From Octopus sinensis (taxonomy: Eukaryota): 64,000 nt of DNA. Each line of letters starts with the position of its first letter. The first letter of the stretch is position 1. The notes beneath the pieces are model-generated. The model saw only the letters and a list, made by a program, of their open reading frames with translations, searched no databases and was not told where the DNA came from. Both the position numbers and the translations under genes were made by a program. The stretch is from the NCBI RefSeq assembly GCF_006345805.1, contig NW_021835467.1, positions 4,395-68,394 on the forward strand, read 5' to 3'. This document shows positions 12,393-25,908 of the stretch, piece by piece.

Positions 12393-13922
12393 GATATTTG
12401 ATGTAAAAAATGTCTTTAATTTATATTTCATTTAAACGTTGTACCCATTTTGGCAAAAAGCTCGTTCCTAATTTCCAGAAAAGATTTAGAAAAATGAGGA
12501 CTTTAAGAATCCTGCATTTTAGAATCATTTTAGACTTTAGACTAAAAGGAGATTTTTCCAGAATAGATGCATAGTTTCTTTTAAGTATGTGACTTTTTAA
12601 TTACATTTTGAATATTTTATTGGAAATGGCAAATTTTTAAAAGTTCAATTTGATTGGATTGAGCATAGAAGATAAGTTTAAACAGAACTCGGTTCTTTTT
12701 GTCATTTATGGCGACCATCTAACATTTTCTTAAGATACAAAGAACCGGAATACTTATTACTAGGGAAAAATAAATCAATAAAGTCAATTTCAATTCAGAG
12801 TTAGACTTTAGTCTCACTTCTTTCAGAGTTTACTTGCCGCAATATAGTAGAAATTTTAGCTCAACAAAAAATATCAGAAATAATTAATTTAATTTCAAAT
12901 ATCAAAGTTAGTTTGAATAGTTTAATTGTCACGGTTTTTTGATTTTGGATGAAACTGATGTTAAGAAAAACAAATTTGTTATTTGGTTGAAATGTCGGTG
13001 AGCTACTTTTCATATTGAAATTTTTTGTCGATTGACTTATATATTTTAATAACAAAATTTTGTTTTATAATTAAAAGTTAATGGGATTTTTAGCAAAATT
13101 TTCAGAAATACTTTCAGTTCTTCTGACAACAGACTGTTTTGAGAGTGTGGTATTTGGGTTTAAATATATTCGATTACAAAAATTAAAATCGTGCTGGTAT
13201 TTGGGTTAAAATTGATGCCAAAGCAGAATGTGCTTTAAAACCGATTTCATAAATAAAAATAATATTTTAAAATTTATAATTGATATTTTAGAATAACGAG
13301 AAAAAATCTAAATGCTTCATAATTTATTAAAATTTCAAAACAAGAATCTTCTGAAGGAGCAAGCCTGTCTGCACAGTTCATTTGTGATTAGAAGACCTAA
13401 TTTTAGAGATTGAAACGAGAAATAGCAATGAGATCTGTCAAATTATTACCCCCCTCACAACCTAAACCAAATTAGCGTTCAGTATTCATTGATTTTACTT
13501 TTTATATTAAGGTCTACTTATAAATTATTTTATGGGATTCAATGGAAAACTTAAGTTATTTCAATTTTAATTTTAAATCATGTTAAAATTTTAAATAATT
13601 TAATAAATATATTTGTTGATGACAGGCTTGTTAGGCGTCAAAGTCGCTCTCAGCGCTCGCGACATAATCTTTTCAACTTTTTAGAACTTTTTTATTAATA
13701 AGATTTTATTTTTTTATTATCAATATTTTTTTGCAATGAAATGTTTTGTAGGAAAAATATTTGTTTTGTATTTAGATAATTGACCTGACCAATCTGGCGC
13801 CCCGGCCGGTCTGGACGGTGACATTAAATGTTAAAGAATCAGTTTTTTAGTTGAAAAAATATAGTATTTCTTTTTTGTCCATATACTCTTACTCTAACAC
13901 CGAATTTCCCGAAAAACGTTAA

Positions 13923-14737
13923 TTTTGCTCATTTAGTATATAATTGTGCATTTAAAATAAAAGTAAATTATTTCGAAGTCAACAAATAGATTGCTTGTGT
14001 CGAACCATTAGTTGTAAAAACAATTATCGAAGACAATTATTTAAAGAAATTGGGTACCCACCAGAACCAATAGTTAAGAAATGAGGGAGCTGGCTTATAG
14101 CTGTTTTTTTACTATACTACAAACTTGCCAAATGTTATACACTTCCTTCGAAGGAGATTTTTTGCTTATTAAAAGAGTGAAAGAATGTTTATTTAGTTAA
14201 CAACTTCATGAAGATCTAACGACGCTAATATCACAATATTCACCGTTATTACATTTGCTTGATGATTTAGAATCGACCAATTTTACTATAAAAAAAGCAT
14301 TCAATTATTTGAAAACATTGGATTTTAAAGAAGACGTGTGTGGAATAAAAAATTATATTATCGAAAGGATGAATTCCAATGATATCACAAAAATTGTGAA
14401 TTTCGATGATCATTCCATTTCACCTTTAGATTATTCTTTGTTGATTGAATGTCAGGCAACATCGTGCGCAGTAGAACGATCATTTTCGATTCTTAACAAA
14501 ATCTTAACCAAGGATAGGAATTTTAAAGTGGATAATGTAAAATATTACTTAATTGTAAATAACTCGATAAACGATGAATAAAAATACTTTAAATTTTCAT
14601 AAACGTAGTTTATATATGAAAATAAAGTAGTATTTTTACGGTCAATTATTTGGTCAATTTTTAAAATTTTAAGGTCAATTACATTGACTTTTTAAGGGCA
14701 ATTTTTATTTTTTTAAGTCAATAAAAATGTTGCTCTA
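13923..14737 (+). mobile_element. hAT family-2 3' half with right TIR
   Basis: Near-copy of the 3' half of the element at 41371-43040 (CQATSCAVERSFS motif). It ends in ATGTTGCTCTA. Confidence 0.85.
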
Positions 14738-14797
14738 GTTATTAGATTTACTTGATGATTTAGAATCGACCAATCTTACTATAAATAGAGCATAAAA

Positions 14798-16980
14798 TTT
14801 TTTTTTAAATTAGAATTCAAAAACTGAACACGTATTTAATTAGTAGCAGAGGATAAGATGGAATGGCAATTCCCACGCAAAATGGCTATTGATATGCGTT
14901 GGAAAAGCCATGTCCGTTCCCGATGATCATTTCTCCTTCTGCTTGCCAGGTCCCCCAGTTTAATAAGTTAAATGATGATATCCTGCACTTTCAAGGAATT
15001 CCGAAGAATATCCTTTCCTTTGACCGATGATATGTTATTGGCCCACAAGAAAATAAATTTTATGATATCCTCCAAAGGTACTCTGGCTCCCTCTAGCCAA
15101 GTTCCTGTACATTTTTACAACGTATTTTATACCGGCTTTCAATCCAGAACTAGTTCTGCACTCTCTTTTGTGACAATACCATAACGGTGGCGTCTTTTGG
15201 TAAATTGAACAGGTTGAGTTCACGTCACATTTAAATTTATAACACGTGGGATTATTATTTTATTTTATTGTAATTAATTATAAAACACATATATTATCAC
15301 TGGAAAAAATAGTATTATTTTGAAACTCGCTAAAAAGTGGCTGTAGACTACTACAAAAGTACCGGAATTTTTTAGTTCTGGGACCGAGGACTCCCGACGT
15401 CTCCACTGCGGTGAGATAATGCACTGTATTTCTTGATTTTTAGCGTTTCGGCCAGGTTAGCTGCGGAGCCCGGCTCTGCGGCCATTTTCGAAAGGGAAAG
15501 TCGTTAGGCCGTCAGGACGTTTACCATCCTCCCGAACCTGGCCGACCGGTTCCAACTGTGATGGGAATCCGGCAGTTTCAAGGGTCCGCTTAACTATGTC
15601 GTTCAGGGCAATGTGTCGGGGAAAGCGTCCGGAGCTTTTCTGGCACGATAATGGGTGCAATTCAAAGGGGTCAACAGTCGATCCACAGCGGCACCGGTGT
15701 TTTCGGCATACGTTTAGTCCCAGGCGCAATGAGACGACGATCCTCAGGCAATCGTCGTTCAATAAGGTTCCAATAGATCCCATAGGGATAGCGGTCAACC
15801 AAGCCCCCGAATATGGTTGCGAGGGAGCCAATAAACAAGCCAAGTGATGTTGGTTAAACTTAGGCTTGAGGTTGTTCGACTTCTGATCACAGAGAATCCT
15901 GTCCCATTCGTCTTGTGCGTGTGTATTCTGTGGAAGCTCAAGAGACATCCCAAGCCAGCGACTTTCTGCGGCGACTGACTCTGAGTCCATAGGAGATTCG
16001 GTAACGGGTTGGAGAATCTCTTGGACAAGGGTGCTCGTGGCATGTGTAGGAGAAAGAAATGCTGGCAAAGAAAGGTCAGTGGCTGACCGCACACCGATGC
16101 CGCCACGACCGATGGGGAGTGTTGCCTGTTCCCAGCCAAGATCGTCAAAGAAGGCATTACATATTGATTCGAGGCAAGTCCTGAGAGCATGGTCGAATCT
16201 GGAGAGGCTTTCGGGATTGGCAAAGCATGGAGCGCTTCTAAGTGTAAACAATAGTTTGGGGATGGCGAAACAGTTCCTCAATAGAAACAGGGCCGAATGG
16301 GAATCGATGATACCAAGATTACGGGACATTGATACAAGGTTTGGTGTTTTTTCTGATAATATCCAAACGACACCGGTGTTAAAAATCGGGGAACCCAGAA
16401 TCTTGAGATTACTGGGCGAGGTGACATGGATGTTGGGAAGTAATGATTCGATAGAACCATGGGCAACGGAGAAACGGTAGACATCATAACTGATGTTAAA
16501 GATTTCAGATTTTGGGGAATTGATTTCGAGGCCAATTGCGTTTAATGCAGAAATTAAAACTCTCAGGTCGTCAAGAACGGATTCGAGAGTACCTCCGATA
16601 GTGGCATCGTCCAAATACCACGCATTGAAAACGAAGGATACACTTCTGGCAACGGGATCGATTGCCAGGGCAAAGAGAAGAGGACCCAGAGGGTCGCTTT
16701 GTTGGACACCGTTGCAGGACGAGATTGAGTGATCGCCAGCGATAAGGAGGCTGGGGCGACCGTAAGTCAATGCGACCAGGCGGGCAATAAAAGGTGAACG
16801 CCGGATAATAGATTCAAATACTACGTCCCGACGAACGCTGTTAAAGGCGTTAATCAGGACCAGCTTGACTAGAAGGCAAGGGTTATTCGGCCTATTTTGT
16901 GAGGCGGAAATGAGCTTCCTTGTTGCATGGACTACGGCTTCACAGCCGCCTTGGACGCCGACTCCAAGTTGTATTGGGCA
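14798..16980 (-). mobile_element. 5'-truncated CRE-clade retrotransposon (RT + zinc knuckle + RLE), interrupted by a Merlin-like insert and itself inside a hAT fragment
   Basis: Motifs PIQLGVGVQGGCEAVVHA, NAFNSVRRD, GVQQSDPLGPLLF, WYLDDATIGG, CRCGSTVDPFELHPLSC, KRPDG and AVETSGVLGP. The frame resumes after the insert as DHRERTWLFQRISIAILRGNCHSIL, with poly(A) at 14798-14806. Confidence 0.88.
14955..15355 (-). mobile_element. Merlin/IS1595 (ISXO2-like) transposase fragment with a 28-nt intron
   Basis: Removing the GT-AG intron at 15105-15132 gives WYCHKRECRTSSGLKAGTWLEGARVPLEDIIKFIFLWANNISSV, typical of the Merlin N-terminal Cys region; a GPGK remnant follows. Confidence 0.6.
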
Positions 16981-17195
16981 AAATTATTTGAAAAATTGGA
17001 TTTTAAAAAAGACGATTGTGGAATACAAAATTAAAATTAACAAAAGGATGAATTTTAATGATATCACAAAAATAAAGAATTTTAATAATCATTTCATTTT
17101 CGGATTTTTCTTTTTTGATTAAATGTCAGACTGCATCCTGCTCAGTGGAACGATCATTTTCGATTCTAAACAAAATCAATAAAAATGTTGCCCTA
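16981..17195 (+). mobile_element. hAT family-2 right-end fragment (continuation of 14746-14797)
   Basis: Matches the 3' transposase sequence and ends in TIR ATGTTGCCCTA. Confidence 0.75.
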
Positions 17196-17546
17196 ATTAT
17201 TACGCATAAAATTAATAACAGCTTAGATAAACAATCAGATATTTAGTTGACGTTAGCTTTTTATTCGTCATTTAATATTGGGATTTTAATTATACATTAA
17301 TTTCTTTTTACACAAAGCAACAATTTTTGATTCTTTCTAAAAACCACAGATTATCAAGATAAGTGGATTTTTAATTCAAGGTTAATGTTAAATACTTTAA
17401 TTATTATAACGTTGAAGTTAATTTCAAATATTATAAAATCTCTTTTCCACTCTCCAAATATCAATAAATTGCCTAAAACATACTCGCTATAATTTTATCT
17501 TTTAATCATAAACGCAGGAAATATAATTGTTCACATAAAAATTGAT

Positions 17547-17549
<3 letters not shown>

Positions 17550-17583
<34 letters not shown>
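17550..17583 (+). repeat. 34-nt poly(T) tract 16 bp upstream of the MCT start codon
   Basis: Direct reading of the sequence. Confidence 0.9.
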
Positions 17584-17588
<5 letters not shown>

Positions 17589-17599
17589 TATATTGTGTT

Positions 17600-19938
17600 A
17601 TGGACCTTGGAAATAATAAATTGGAGTATAATTTGAACATCGAGTCTGAACTAACTAACCTTCCCTTTCCTGGTGACCGAAATATAGAAGAAAAGCTGAT
17701 ATCGACAATGATTACTCCTCCTTCCATGCCTGAAGGAGGGTTTGGATGGTTGACAGTTATTGCCACATTCTTCTTGAATTTTACGGTTGATGGGATTAAT
17801 GGTTCCGCTGGAATTATCCTTCCTGAACTTCAGCGTTACTACAACAGTTCGATCGAAGAAACGACATTGGTCTTGTCTCTGCTCATTCTCTTCACATACA
17901 TTTCGTGTATTATTCTTTTGACTAGATAAGTCTCCTTACATAGCTCCAATGGCTGCTATTCTGATGGATAAACTAAAACCGCGAACTATTGTAATATTCT
18001 TTGGATTGATAGCTACTCTGTCAGTGACATTGACTTATTTCGTTGTTTCCGTGAAACTCATTGCCTTCACATTTGGAGTACTTCCAGGTCGCAAAAGTTT
18101 AATTTAATAAATTTTAGGTATCTCTTTCAGTATGTGTGTAATGTGTGCTCAAGTTATGATTAGTCTTTATTTTGATAAAAAACGGGCTCTGGCTTACAGT
18201 ATTACAGGAGTAGGAAGTGGACTAGGGTCCATTCTAATGCCTTTTCTAACTTCTATGATTGTTAACAAGCATGGATTTAGATTCATTTTCTTCTTTTGGG
18301 GAGGACTTTGTTTTTTATTGCTCATTCTTGGACCCTTATATTTTCCTCTAAAATTGGCCGAAGATTACGAAAACAATTTCAAAAATCAATCAGAGAAAAT
18401 AAGCGTTGATTTGGGTGATGATTCTTCTGCAGTATATATGAGAGATCTGGGAAACGTCAGCATTGATCCTTGGTTAGAAACCACGAATCTTATTTCAGTA
18501 AAGAATCATTCGATGTGGATCAATTTTATCCTATTGAGAAAAGGTCAACCGACACTATCATTTGCAGCGACTCCAAGCCTCGAAAAATAAATTTCAAGAC
18601 TTATTATCAGCAAAAAACAAAAGTTTTTATTTCTTAGATTGTTGGTAGAAAATTTATGAGAACTTTTCTTTTATGAATAATTTGAACAGAAACGCAACTT
18701 TTACCACGAAACCTGGAATATTTAGACAGGTCTCGACTGCCAAAGAATTGGAAGAGATATACAACGTCCTTAGTTCCCGACATAACTATGTTCCAAAAAC
18801 TACTCCACAAAAAATCAATCATTTAAAATCACACGCAAATAGTTTTTATAATCAAGTTGTCAATTATAATAATGTTAATTCAACATTCTCTGGTTTACTC
18901 AGTCAAATTAACGACGTAATTGAACGCTCGAAATCAGGAAAGAAAAATATTAAATTTAACAGTCACAGCGAAGAAGATATTTTCAGGCTAAAATACGGAG
19001 ATAGAAACATAATTTCTTCAAATAATTCTTTTATTGACAAACAAACATTTAATTTCCTCAAGAAATGGATTGAAAACATGATGCTGAAACCTATATACAG
19101 GATCGATATTTTTTACATGGGGTCTAGAAAACAAATGATAAAGAAAGGACTATTGAATGATAAATCTGATTTTCTCGATAACATCCACGTTCCTAAAATA
19201 GAAATGTACCATACTATTTTTGGCAATTTAAAACATATCTTGTCCATTGTACTCGACTGGTCTATTTTCCGACTTCCTCGTCTCGTTCTTTATTTTGTCT
19301 CCATTAGTTTATTCAGTTGGGGCTCGTTTATTCCAATGGTTTTTATCGTACTTTTCGCAGGAGAATTTACACCTTTGGCACAATACTTGCCATCTATAAT
19401 TGGTTGATTTTAATTTTATATTTTTAGGAGGAGGATCAATCCTTGGGCAGCTCTTTTGCGGAGTGTTTATTAGTATTTACAAATTTACTCCGTCCAGGTT
19501 GAGTGAATTTGCTTTCTTTCTCTCTTCCGTTTCCTGTGCTATTATTGCTTCATTAGAAAGACATTTCTATCCATTGGTCGTTGTTTGTTTGTTTTTTGGT
19601 TTTACATATGGTCTGTAATTTTTTCTAAATATTTTTAGGGATTTTATTGACTACGTGGCAGTCTATTTTGAGTGAAATTGTTGGTCTTCGAAGACTCACT
19701 TCTTCTCTATCCTTTTATCTTTTTTTCAGAGGAATCTCCGTTTTTATAGGATTATACACTTCAAGTTTACTTTCCGTGTGTATTTTCATTTTTAGGCATT
19801 TTAAGCAAAATCATTGGCCTCAAAGGCACATTTTATTTCGCATCTGTTTTACTTTTTGTATCAGCTATTGTACAGTCATGTATGAGATGCATTAAATCTG
19901 ATAAGTCTGATTTAAAAAATACTCAAATTTTATTTTAA
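17600..19938 (+). CDS. MFS monocarboxylate transporter (SLC16 family) with a large central loop
   Basis: PEGGFGWLTV, YFDKKRALAYSITGVGSGLG and two hydrophobic helix bundles; micro-introns of 26-37 nt. One frame junction near 18500-18560 is unresolved. Confidence 0.88.
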
Positions 19939-20059
19939 AGATTAATTTTAACTCGTAATTAATTTTTTGTTAACTCATCAAAGTTTATTCGATTTTAATT
20001 TTGAAATATATTAAAGAAGGAATTAAAAGTTAGATTAATTAAATTTCCTTTTTATCGAG

Positions 20060-20520
20060 CTGCTTAGGTCAAACAGATGTCAGAGAATACAAGTTCCCAT
20101 TTAGATACCTGCTGAATGGAGTCCCGCAAGGCTCAGTGCTATCGCCAACTTTCTTAAAGTTCTATTTAAGTGACGCACCAGTCACCAAGAATAAATTACT
20201 AGTCTCATTTGCCGACGACATAATCATTGCATCAAGAGATAGTAATCTATCAATGGCCACAAATTACTTACAATTTATCTGGATTCTATTGCTGCTTGAT
20301 TATAAATCAAGCAGCTATCCATTTCAACATCTAAATCGAACTAAACGCTCTTCACGACGAAACGTGATCTCAATCATGAACTCTTTGTATTTGAGAATCG
20401 TTTACCCATAAAAAAAACCCTAAATTTCGGATTTCATGAACAATCTCTGAGTTTCCTACTTACATGAATACGATATTTACTAAAGCCAGGCGCAAGCTGA
20501 ACGCATTACGTGCAGTCTAT
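20060..20520 (+). mobile_element. Degraded LINE RT fragment (same family as 61735-63303)
   Basis: YLLNGVPQGSVLSP and SFADDIIIASR motifs, with frameshifts. Confidence 0.8.
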
Positions 20521-20859
20521 GGTTATTCTTTTGGATAAGATTTTTGAAGAAAGTTGTTTGCAGCTAGCATGTGAGAGGAGTAAAGCAACGTAAATATATA
20601 AGTATTTATGCCTTAAATATTTTTCAAAAATGGCAAACTTCATTTTTTAGAATTCCGCCTTATAGTTATCCTTATGGTAGAATTAGTTATTTTCAAAATA
20701 TAAATAAACAGGATTAGTTAGCTTTTTTAATTCTCATTGTTCATTAAGTTTTAATTAACCTAGATTTATTATAAAATAAGCATATAAATATAAAATGTTT
20801 GATTTTATAATTAATTGAGTTTTTTTATTAGACAGAGATAAAAACACAGACAAAAATTA

Positions 20860-20940
20860 TATAGAACTGCCGGCGTAAGATGGCCTGGCGGTTCCCCCGG
20901 AAGATCGCAAATGAGACTCTTCGGAGAAGATGCCGAGTAT
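20860..20940 (-). mobile_element. CRE 3' stub
   Basis: Translates RHLLRRVSFAIFRGNRQAILRRQF. Confidence 0.65.
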
Positions 20941-21229
20941 CGTAATTAATTAATTCTTAAAATTAGAAAGATTGAAAAAATCCTTAAAAAAGATAATTTT
21001 ATTTTTGCTTATTGTTTTTTTAGTTTAAGCAAAAAACAACTTTTTGTTGTTAATTCGATTATCGATTTTTTAACTGTGATTTGTTTCGGAGTTTAACAGC
21101 AACCGCTTTTTTTCAACTTCGCCTCATTAAAAAGCGGTCAAAATAAATAATCCTTAAATAGATATAATTTTATAGTTTTCTCTCTAATTCTGAGAGAGTG
21201 TTGGGTAAAACATGAATCCGTGCGAAATT

Positions 21230-22620
21230 GATTTGATTGGATAATAAGGTGATTGGTGCTGAGGACACAACTGCTGATTTTGGAAACGACATCATTATTG
21301 AGATTATTATTCAGCCGTTAAATTGGAAGATCTGTGGATGTTATGGCATATAATAACTTTTTCTTGAAAAAATTCTTTGCAGTACACAATGACCTCTGTA
21401 AGAAAGTTGTAAGTAGTTCTTTGTCGAAATGACCTATCTCATTCTAAAAAAAGAAATTTGTGACTCACCTAACAACCTGAGGCCAATTATTTGCATGGAA
21501 AATATATATTAACTTGTAACATGTGTGAACAACAAATTGAGGACCTACATTGAATTATTCATTAAGCTAAATTTTTATCAAAAAGAAATTGGTGAAGTTA
21601 GAATGAAGAGGGATGGTTTGCAAGGTGATTCTTTATCGCCGCAAATCTTTGTGCTCGTCCTGGACCCCCTGAGTAGAATATTGAATGCAAATTTCCAAAT
21701 GTATTAAGAACGCTCAGATATACTTAACGAACCACTTGTTATTAATGGACGACCTAAAAGTGTTTGCACGGGAGGATGACACTGTAATTAGGTTGATGGC
21801 CGAGGTTGATAAATTCTTTCAAGCAACCCCATTGGACCAAAATGTTGAAAAGTCTGAAACTAATCTTGAGAGGTTGAGTAAAAAAGCCACCCTGTTTGAC
21901 AAAATAAATAATTATCGTTACTTTTGAGTATTGGAAAACATGGATAGCAGCGTCCTGAAAAATAATACGATGACTTTAATCTCGGATGCAGTTAAAAGTA
22001 GGATTAATAGCCCGGCAGATTTGAAACTGAATTATGAAATTTTTTAAGGCTGTTAATGAGCATGCATTGTCGTTATATAAGTACGTATCCGGCTCACTGA
22101 TATCGAACCATGTGAATTTGAAAATATTGGAAAGAATCTGCGCAAGATACGCCACTGAGCACGCATGAAACCTGGAAACAAAGATAGACTTTATTTTCTA
22201 ACAGACCGACTAGGAGAGGGATTGGTTTCTGTGATGCATAAAAGTAAGCGAATGTTTCCCCAATCTGAACTCTCCAAGATCGGAGGGAATGCTGTGTATG
22301 ATTCAGGACTGCAACGTATTTTTTGACAGCAGTGTTAGTAGTTGCAACCGTCGTATCATTGGTTCTCACAGGGATAGAATAATATTTAATTTTACAAGCA
22401 CTATCATAAAAGTCGAAGATTCAACTCGTGTCTATGTCCAGACGATCGTGATTAAAAAGACAAAAGAAAGCATGCGTCCGAAACACAAACTTTTAGCTAC
22501 GCCGGCGAATCACCTAACAAGTTTCGCAATGAATGTTGGGACAATCAATGAGCGACTGAAATAGACCCACTACGAGATATTAGTGGAACCTGTATTCCAG
22601 CCCATGAGCCTGAAAATAGG
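21230..22620 (+). mobile_element. Degraded R4/Dong-like non-LTR retrotransposon RT
   Basis: NWKICG.YGIYNFFLKK, TYLILKK...LRPIICM, LQGDSLSP and NHLLLMDDLKVF, with many stops and deletions. Confidence 0.75.
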
Positions 22621-22764
22621 AAACGGCAAAGAAAATGAAGTTGAAATCAATACTATTTGGAAAAGATATTATTCCACTTTTAAAATTCCATTAATTTTTT
22701 TAAATCGTTAATTAGTAATTTAAAGATAAATAAATTATAACGGGATGATGTGTACGTATTAAGA

Positions 22765-23323
22765 ATGGTAAGACTAAAAATCATCATTTGGATAGAACTG
22801 TGACAGAATCATTGAAAGACTAACAATATACTCAAAATTAAGATGGTTTTGTACATCACTTCTACTTCTATGCTTTGCATTGCGTATCATAATCGGTCAA
22901 GGCTGGTACGTGGTTGCCTATATTTTGGGCCTCCATTTGCTGAAATGGTTTGTTGAATTTATTTCTCCACGTTTTTTACCTGATGATAATTATAACCTCC
23001 CAAATCAAGTGGAAAAAGAATTTCGACCATTTGTAAGAATACTTCCTGAATTCAAATTCTGGTAAATTTGTTTATTTTTTTTTGGTTGCGAGGAACTACA
23101 TCCATTTCCATCGGACTCGTTTTGACTTTATTTAACTTTCTCGATATACCTGTATATGTTCCTATTCTTGCGGGCTACTTTCTCTTCTTATTATTTTTTA
23201 CACTTTTCGGGCGTGTTAAGGTAATCAATGTAATTGTTTTTTTAGCATATGATCAATCACGGATACCTTCCCTTCGACGTTGGCAAGACAAAGTACACTC
23301 CAATTGACATTACAAGTATTTGA
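22765..23323 (+). CDS. RER1: RER1 ER-retrieval receptor; start approximate
   Basis: RIIIGQGWYVVAYILG, LPNQVEKEFRPFVRILPEFKFW, LDIPVYVPIL and C-terminal HMINHGYLPFDVGKTKY. Confidence 0.92.
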
Positions 23324-23429
23324 ACTAATATTTTTTAATTTGATCTCGTTATACTAGTTCAAAATAATACTGAATCTATTTTACGTGTTCTATTCCGAAT
23401 TTTTGATTCCATTGCAATGATAATAAGAT

Positions 23430-25200
23430 CAATCAATCAACAACTTTATTTAGGTAACAACGAATAGTATGTGGGGTAATAATTAATGAAACGGTAAGGC
23501 TTGCTTACCGACTTCTTCCGCGAAACAAAAAGAAAGGAGGGACCCCAACCTCTCAGTATAGAATTACCTTTGCAGGTAAGTCCCAGTGACTGTTGACCAG
23601 AGTTTGTAGTTTTTGATGTTTTTTTCAACGATTTCCCCCACCGTAGGCGTTTTAGCCTCGAGCCATGGGGGAATCGGCCATTCCAGGCTTTGGGAGTAGG
23701 CGATTTTTAACGCCAGTCTCCGAGTTTTCTCAAACTTCTCGATAATGGAACTCCTCTTTCTAGAGAAGTACCATGCCTCTTTTCCAAATATAAGTCCTGG
23801 TAAGTACACCGTGTTAAAAACATAAAGGAAAGTATCTGGTTCCAGATTTAACTTTCTTAAGCAAAACAGTGCGTTTGTTGCTTTCTTTTTTTCGAATTTT
23901 CGCATTTTCAGTGTATTTACCATTTTCTTCAATTTGCAATCCCAGGTATTTTATTGAATGTTGTCGTGGTATGTTAGTAATCAGACAAGGTGAATTTTTA
24001 AGATTTCTACTTTCTGTGATTCTCAACAGGGCAGACTTCTCACGTGCGACAACCAGCATGTTATTTCTGCACCAAACTTCGATTTCTTCCATATATGACA
24101 GCATTCGTTGTTCAGATAAGGCAGGTTTCGGTGAAGCATCGAGGATGACCACATCATCATTAGAATTTCCGTCCGTACATTGTTTGGGGAAGGTAGATTA
24201 CTCATGACAATGTTAAATAACAGAGGACTGAGTACTGATCCCTGGGGGACACCTCTTTTTAATTTTAGCTCATCCGAGTCGTGGTTCAGTAAGCTTACCA
24301 CCGATCGTCTGTCGCGGAGGAAGTCCTGTAACCATAGGAACAGTTCTCTATCTATCTGACACTTCGCCAGATGTCTCAGAAGGCCAAAATGCCATACACT
24401 GTCGAATGCCTTCGAAATGTCAAGACAGGCCATCGTCAGAGATCCCTTGGTATCCAGAGCCTTCATAATTAACGAATTTACCGTATAATGACAGTCCCCA
24501 CAAGAGCGATTTCTGCGGAAACCCCACTGCACATTTTTTAGAATATTTTTGCTCTCCACATGTTCCGAGAGTCTCCACAGCATTATCCTTTCCATGATTC
24601 GGCTGATGGAAGGAATCAGGCTTATCGGCCTATAGCTTGTTGGCAAATAGCGAGGTTTTCCCGGCTTTAGTATCATCCTAACCTCCGTTAATTTCCAGGA
24701 GGAGGGGACGTATCCCAAATGAAGACTACAGGAGAAGAGACATCTCAAATATTCATAAAGTTCCCTCGGTGCTTCTTTGAACAATCGCATTGTTATCTTG
24801 TCTCTTCCCGGGGCATTATCCTTTGAGCATTTTATTGCGTCCTCCACGTCTTTGCAAGTTATAGCTTTCGTGCACAAAGGCAACAAGCTGAGGAGTCCAT
24901 CCAATTCTTTTTTCATATGACACAGTGCTGGGCCAGATAACTGTAAGTCCGGGTTGACCTCCTGAGTTTCTTTAAGACTGTCTCCAAATATATTTGGGAT
25001 TTCTTCAAGAGAAGCGGGGGATCCATCTTGATTTAACAGTTTCGGTATTGTTTCCTCGGATTTTGAAGTGGATAATTTTCCGAAAACCTTCCAAAAGTTT
25101 GGATTTGCTTTATGTAATTTATTGCACTCAGCTTTCCATTTTTTATTCTCAGCAGCAATTGTGGTGAAACTGATGGGAATGATAATAAGGTGAAACTGGT
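23430..25200 (-). mobile_element. APE-type LINE ORF2 (RT), 5'-truncated and frameshifted
   Basis: APGRDKI, YRPISL, QWGFR, LDISKAFDSV, GVPQGSVLSP and a YxDD region; frameshifts at about 24150 and 23930. Confidence 0.9.
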
Positions 25201-25908
25201 GGGAATGAAATATTCGTTTTATTTCAAACAATATTTTTACCAGAATTATATGTGGTACCGATAGTGTAAAAAGTTTTGTTTTTAAGAAAGTTTCTTCTCA
25301 TTAAAAACCACCATACACTAAACTAAATTCCAAAGACAATTTTAATATTTGTTGGATCTAATTTTGTGCTTACAGTACCGAAGAGCATCTTCGTAATATT
25401 GAAGCTCGGAATTTAGACAAAAATCGATCTTAACCACCAACTGCCAAAAAGAATTAACGAGTAGTTATATTATTAGTGTATATTAAATTATTTAAAAAAG
25501 TGACAAGTTGTCTCAAATGCTTTAAATATTACATGATAAAATAACCATTGAAAAAGCAACTAGAATCTGTTGTACTGAATGGAACTCTTGAAAGTATGCT
25601 AATTAAATACAAGCATGGGATGAAGGTATCTGGTGATAAATACGCCTCTGCTACCGACCAACTTGTGAAACTGACATGCTTTTGGGACACGTCAATTGAA
25701 GCTATGGGACATATAACAACTTTGTTTGGCGGAGAGTTAGAGAGCGATAAGAGTAAGGAACTAATAGCAGATTCTCCCCTTAAATGAAAGAGAGATTTCC
25801 AACAATAAAGCGTGAAAATGTTAATTAAATAATGTAACCTTAGTTAAATTTGATTTGGTTTCAACAAAATTTTTTGTAACTTAAAAAGTGACAAATCAAT
25901 GAAATATA

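Noticed and set aside
13620-13830. Additional Ginger-like termini (...CGCGACA|TA at about 13665 and ...GGTGACA at about 13822)
   Set aside because: Only 6-7 bp of similarity, with no matching partner end or transposase nearby.
15596-16732. Plus-strand ORFs overlapping the CRE RT (also 39120-39620 opposite CBP, 23869-24207 and 62644-62917)
   Set aside because: Shadow ORFs on the antisense or alternative frames of GC-richer coding sequence, with no motifs of their own.
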